From: an uncultured Acidobacteriota bacterium
GTDB taxonomy: Bacteria; Acidobacteriota; UBA6911; RPQK01; JAPXNP01
Assembly (NCBI GenBank): GCA_963777605.1
Contig: CAVZRV010000011.1
Span: forward strand, 32,001-96,000
Length of the DNA: 64,000 nt
Direction of reading: 5' to 3'
The notes below the pieces were generated by a model. It made no database searches, had not been told where the DNA came from, and saw nothing but the letters and a program-made list of their open reading frames with translations. The translations under genes were made by a program, and so were the position numbers. Positions within the stretch are counted from its first letter, which is position 1; the number at the start of each line of letters is the position of its first letter. Below are positions 62,323 through 64,000 of the stretch, piece after piece.

Positions 62323-63606
62323 TCACGGATCAGCACCGGGTGACCCCGAGATCTGGTTGCCGTCGAGTTCCACTTCGCCGGCCTGGCTGCCCATGAAAAC
62401 GGCGGCTTGCTGGTTTCCTTTACCGGTTGACCGGATCACGTTTCCCTTGAGCACCACTCCCCGGGTGGTCCCGAGAACATAGACGCCATACGCAGCTTCC
62501 CCTGCACTTCCGTTGTCTTCGATGCGATTGTTAACGAAAGTGTTCCGGTGCCCGCTGTTCTGGTCATTCTCGTCACGGAAGGCGACGCCGCTCCGTCCGT
62601 TCTCGTAGATCTCGTTGTTTTCGAAAAGGTTGTCGGTGTCCTTGTGACCGATCGAAATGCCGTAGCGCTTGTTCCCGTAGCTCTTGTTTCCCCGGAACGT
62701 GCTGTGCTGAACCCGCCAGCAGAGGAAGATCCCGTCCTCGTCGTTGAAGCGGCTTACGCAGTTCTCGAGGAGGCTGTTGTCCGACCCGGTCCCTGGGTGG
62801 AAGCCCAATCCACCCCCGTTGGAGGCCTCACAATTCCGGACCGTGATGTTCTCCGTCACCTGCCAGCTGAACGAATCCCCGTTGAAATTGCGCACGTGCA
62901 CTCCGGAGACCTCGCAGTTGCGGGACCGGTGAATGTAGACCCCTCCGCCGACGCAACCGTTGATGTAGTCGTTCCCGGCACGGTTCCCGTCGACAACGAG
63001 ATCGGCAACCCGGACATTTTCGGCATCGATGACCGAGACGATCGGGAAGGCGTTCGATATGACCCCGTTTTTCTCGGCAATATAGTCGTGCAGGGTCGGA
63101 TGGTCAATATAGAGCACATTGTCCTCCGCAGCGGTGATCACGGCGGTTGTCACGTTCCACCCGTTGCGGTTCAGGTCGTCGGACAACTGGATGCCGGTTC
63201 CGACGTCGAACCCGGTCGGATCGGCAACGGTAATTTTCAGCATCCCGTAGTCCGCATCGATCACGAAACCGGTTCGTACCCCATCTCCTTTCATGAGGAT
63301 CGTTTCGGGCCCGGCCCCTTCGAGGCCGATATTGCTGGCCAGCCGAATCGGGCCCGACACCGCGAATGTACCGGGACTGAGCCGAACGGTGCCACCACCC
63401 CGGGTAACCAGTGCGTCGATGGCCAGTTGAATAGCCTGGGACGTGTACGCCGGCAGGTCAGCGGAAGGGCCACCAACGGTGACGACTTCAGGAGCACGCT
63501 TGATCGTGACAAGGCCTTCGACAGAGGGAAGGTCACCGGCCAGCACTGTTGAGGCGCTCCACAGAAGCGCAAGGTAAACCACTGCAAGGGAGTTTCTTCT
63601 CAGCAT
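62323..63606 (-). CDS. Secreted right-handed parallel beta-helix protein
   Basis: Signal peptide; AIQLAID..GGGTV.L.PG; repeated N...N...G strands. Confidence 0.85.
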   Translation of the reverse strand: MLRRNSLAVVYLALLWSASTVLAGDLPSVEGLVTIKRAPEVVTVGGPSADLPAYTSQAIQLAIDALVTRGGGTVRLSPGTFAVSGPIRLASNIGLEGAGPETILMKGDGVRTGFVIDADYGMLKITVADPTGFDVGTGIQLSDDLNRNGWNVTTAVITAAEDNVLYIDHPTLHDYIAEKNGVISNAFPIVSVIDAENVRVADLVVDGNRAGNDYINGCVGGGVYIHRSRNCEVSGVHVRNFNGDSFSWQVTENITVRNCEASNGGGLGFHPGTGSDNSLLENCVSRFNDEDGIFLCWRVQHSTFRGNKSYGNKRYGISIGHKDTDNLFENNEIYENGRSGVAFRDENDQNSGHRNTFVNNRIEDNGSAGEAAYGVYVLGTTRGVVLKGNVIRSTGKGNQQAAVFMGSQAGEVELDGNQISGSPGADP

Positions 63607-63655
63607 AGTCGTCTCCTGTGTTCAAAATCCTTCTGATTATGAGCGGTTTGCGACG

Positions 63656-64000
63656 TTAAAGAAACAGTGCCGCTTCAATCGTGAGACCGGGACCGAATCC
63701 GAGAGCCACGCAAGGAAGTTCGGCCCCCTGCTCGGCCAGTTTCTCCAGGAGGAAGATCATGGTCGCCGATGACATGTTTCCATGTCCGGCCAGGATCGCT
63801 CTCGAAACTCGGACGGCGGAAGACGGGAGCCCGAGTGCCTCTTCGGCGGCGGTCAGGATTCTGGGGCCGCCCGGATGGATCGCCCAGGTTCGGATGTCAC
63901 CGCGAGAAAGCCCCGACGAGGCCAGCCAGCGATCCACGTAGGACGCCAACTCCCGCCTAATCAATTCGGGCACCTGAGCGGACAAGGTCATCTGGAAACC
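63656..64000 (-). CDS. Type III polyketide synthase, C-terminal part
   Basis: WAIHPGGPRIL, GNMSSAT, GFGPGLTIE. Confidence 0.92.
   Translation of the reverse strand, partial: GFQMTLSAQVPELIRRELASYVDRWLASSGLSRGDIRTWAIHPGGPRILTAAEEALGLPSSAVRVSRAILAGHGNMSSATMIFLLEKLAEQGAELPCVALGFGPGLTIEAALFL

Overview
GC-rich bacterial window. The gene content (Tat-exported Gfo/Idh/MocA enzyme, GH16/GH27/DUF2961, a large secreted Ig-repeat protein, type II-like EgtB) suggests Acidobacteriota or a similar lineage, which is an inference only. Highlights: (1) a 10-kb operon (44239-54388) encoding a close homologue of the Geobacter tetraheme nanowire cytochrome OmcE, an OmcE-domain 12-heme fusion protein, a 15-heme periplasmic cytochrome, a pentaheme lipoprotein, a large outer-membrane beta-barrel, two NHL propellers and a Cys-less redoxin-TPR protein, i.e. 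a candidate nanowire plus porin-cytochrome extracellular electron transfer system; (2) an AhpD/CMD-like selenoprotein (CxxU) with a SECIS-like hairpin 11 nt after the in-frame UGA, which the ORF track splits in two; (3) an uncharacterised HerA/FtsK-ATPase + OmpA-domain + small membrane protein operon that truncates a zf-UBP gene and may start at an ATC codon; (4) a metallophosphoesterase island flanked by IS remnants; (5) an inverted pair of ~310-330-bp REP/MITE-like elements. The rest is metabolic: APC permease, ilvB, PocR-PAS hybrid kinase, penicillin acylase, egtB-egtD-dinB, molybdo-oxidoreductase and a type III PKS end. There are many gene remnants and about ten single-base frameshifts that look like assembly errors. 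All family assignments come from motif recognition by eye; no database searches were run.
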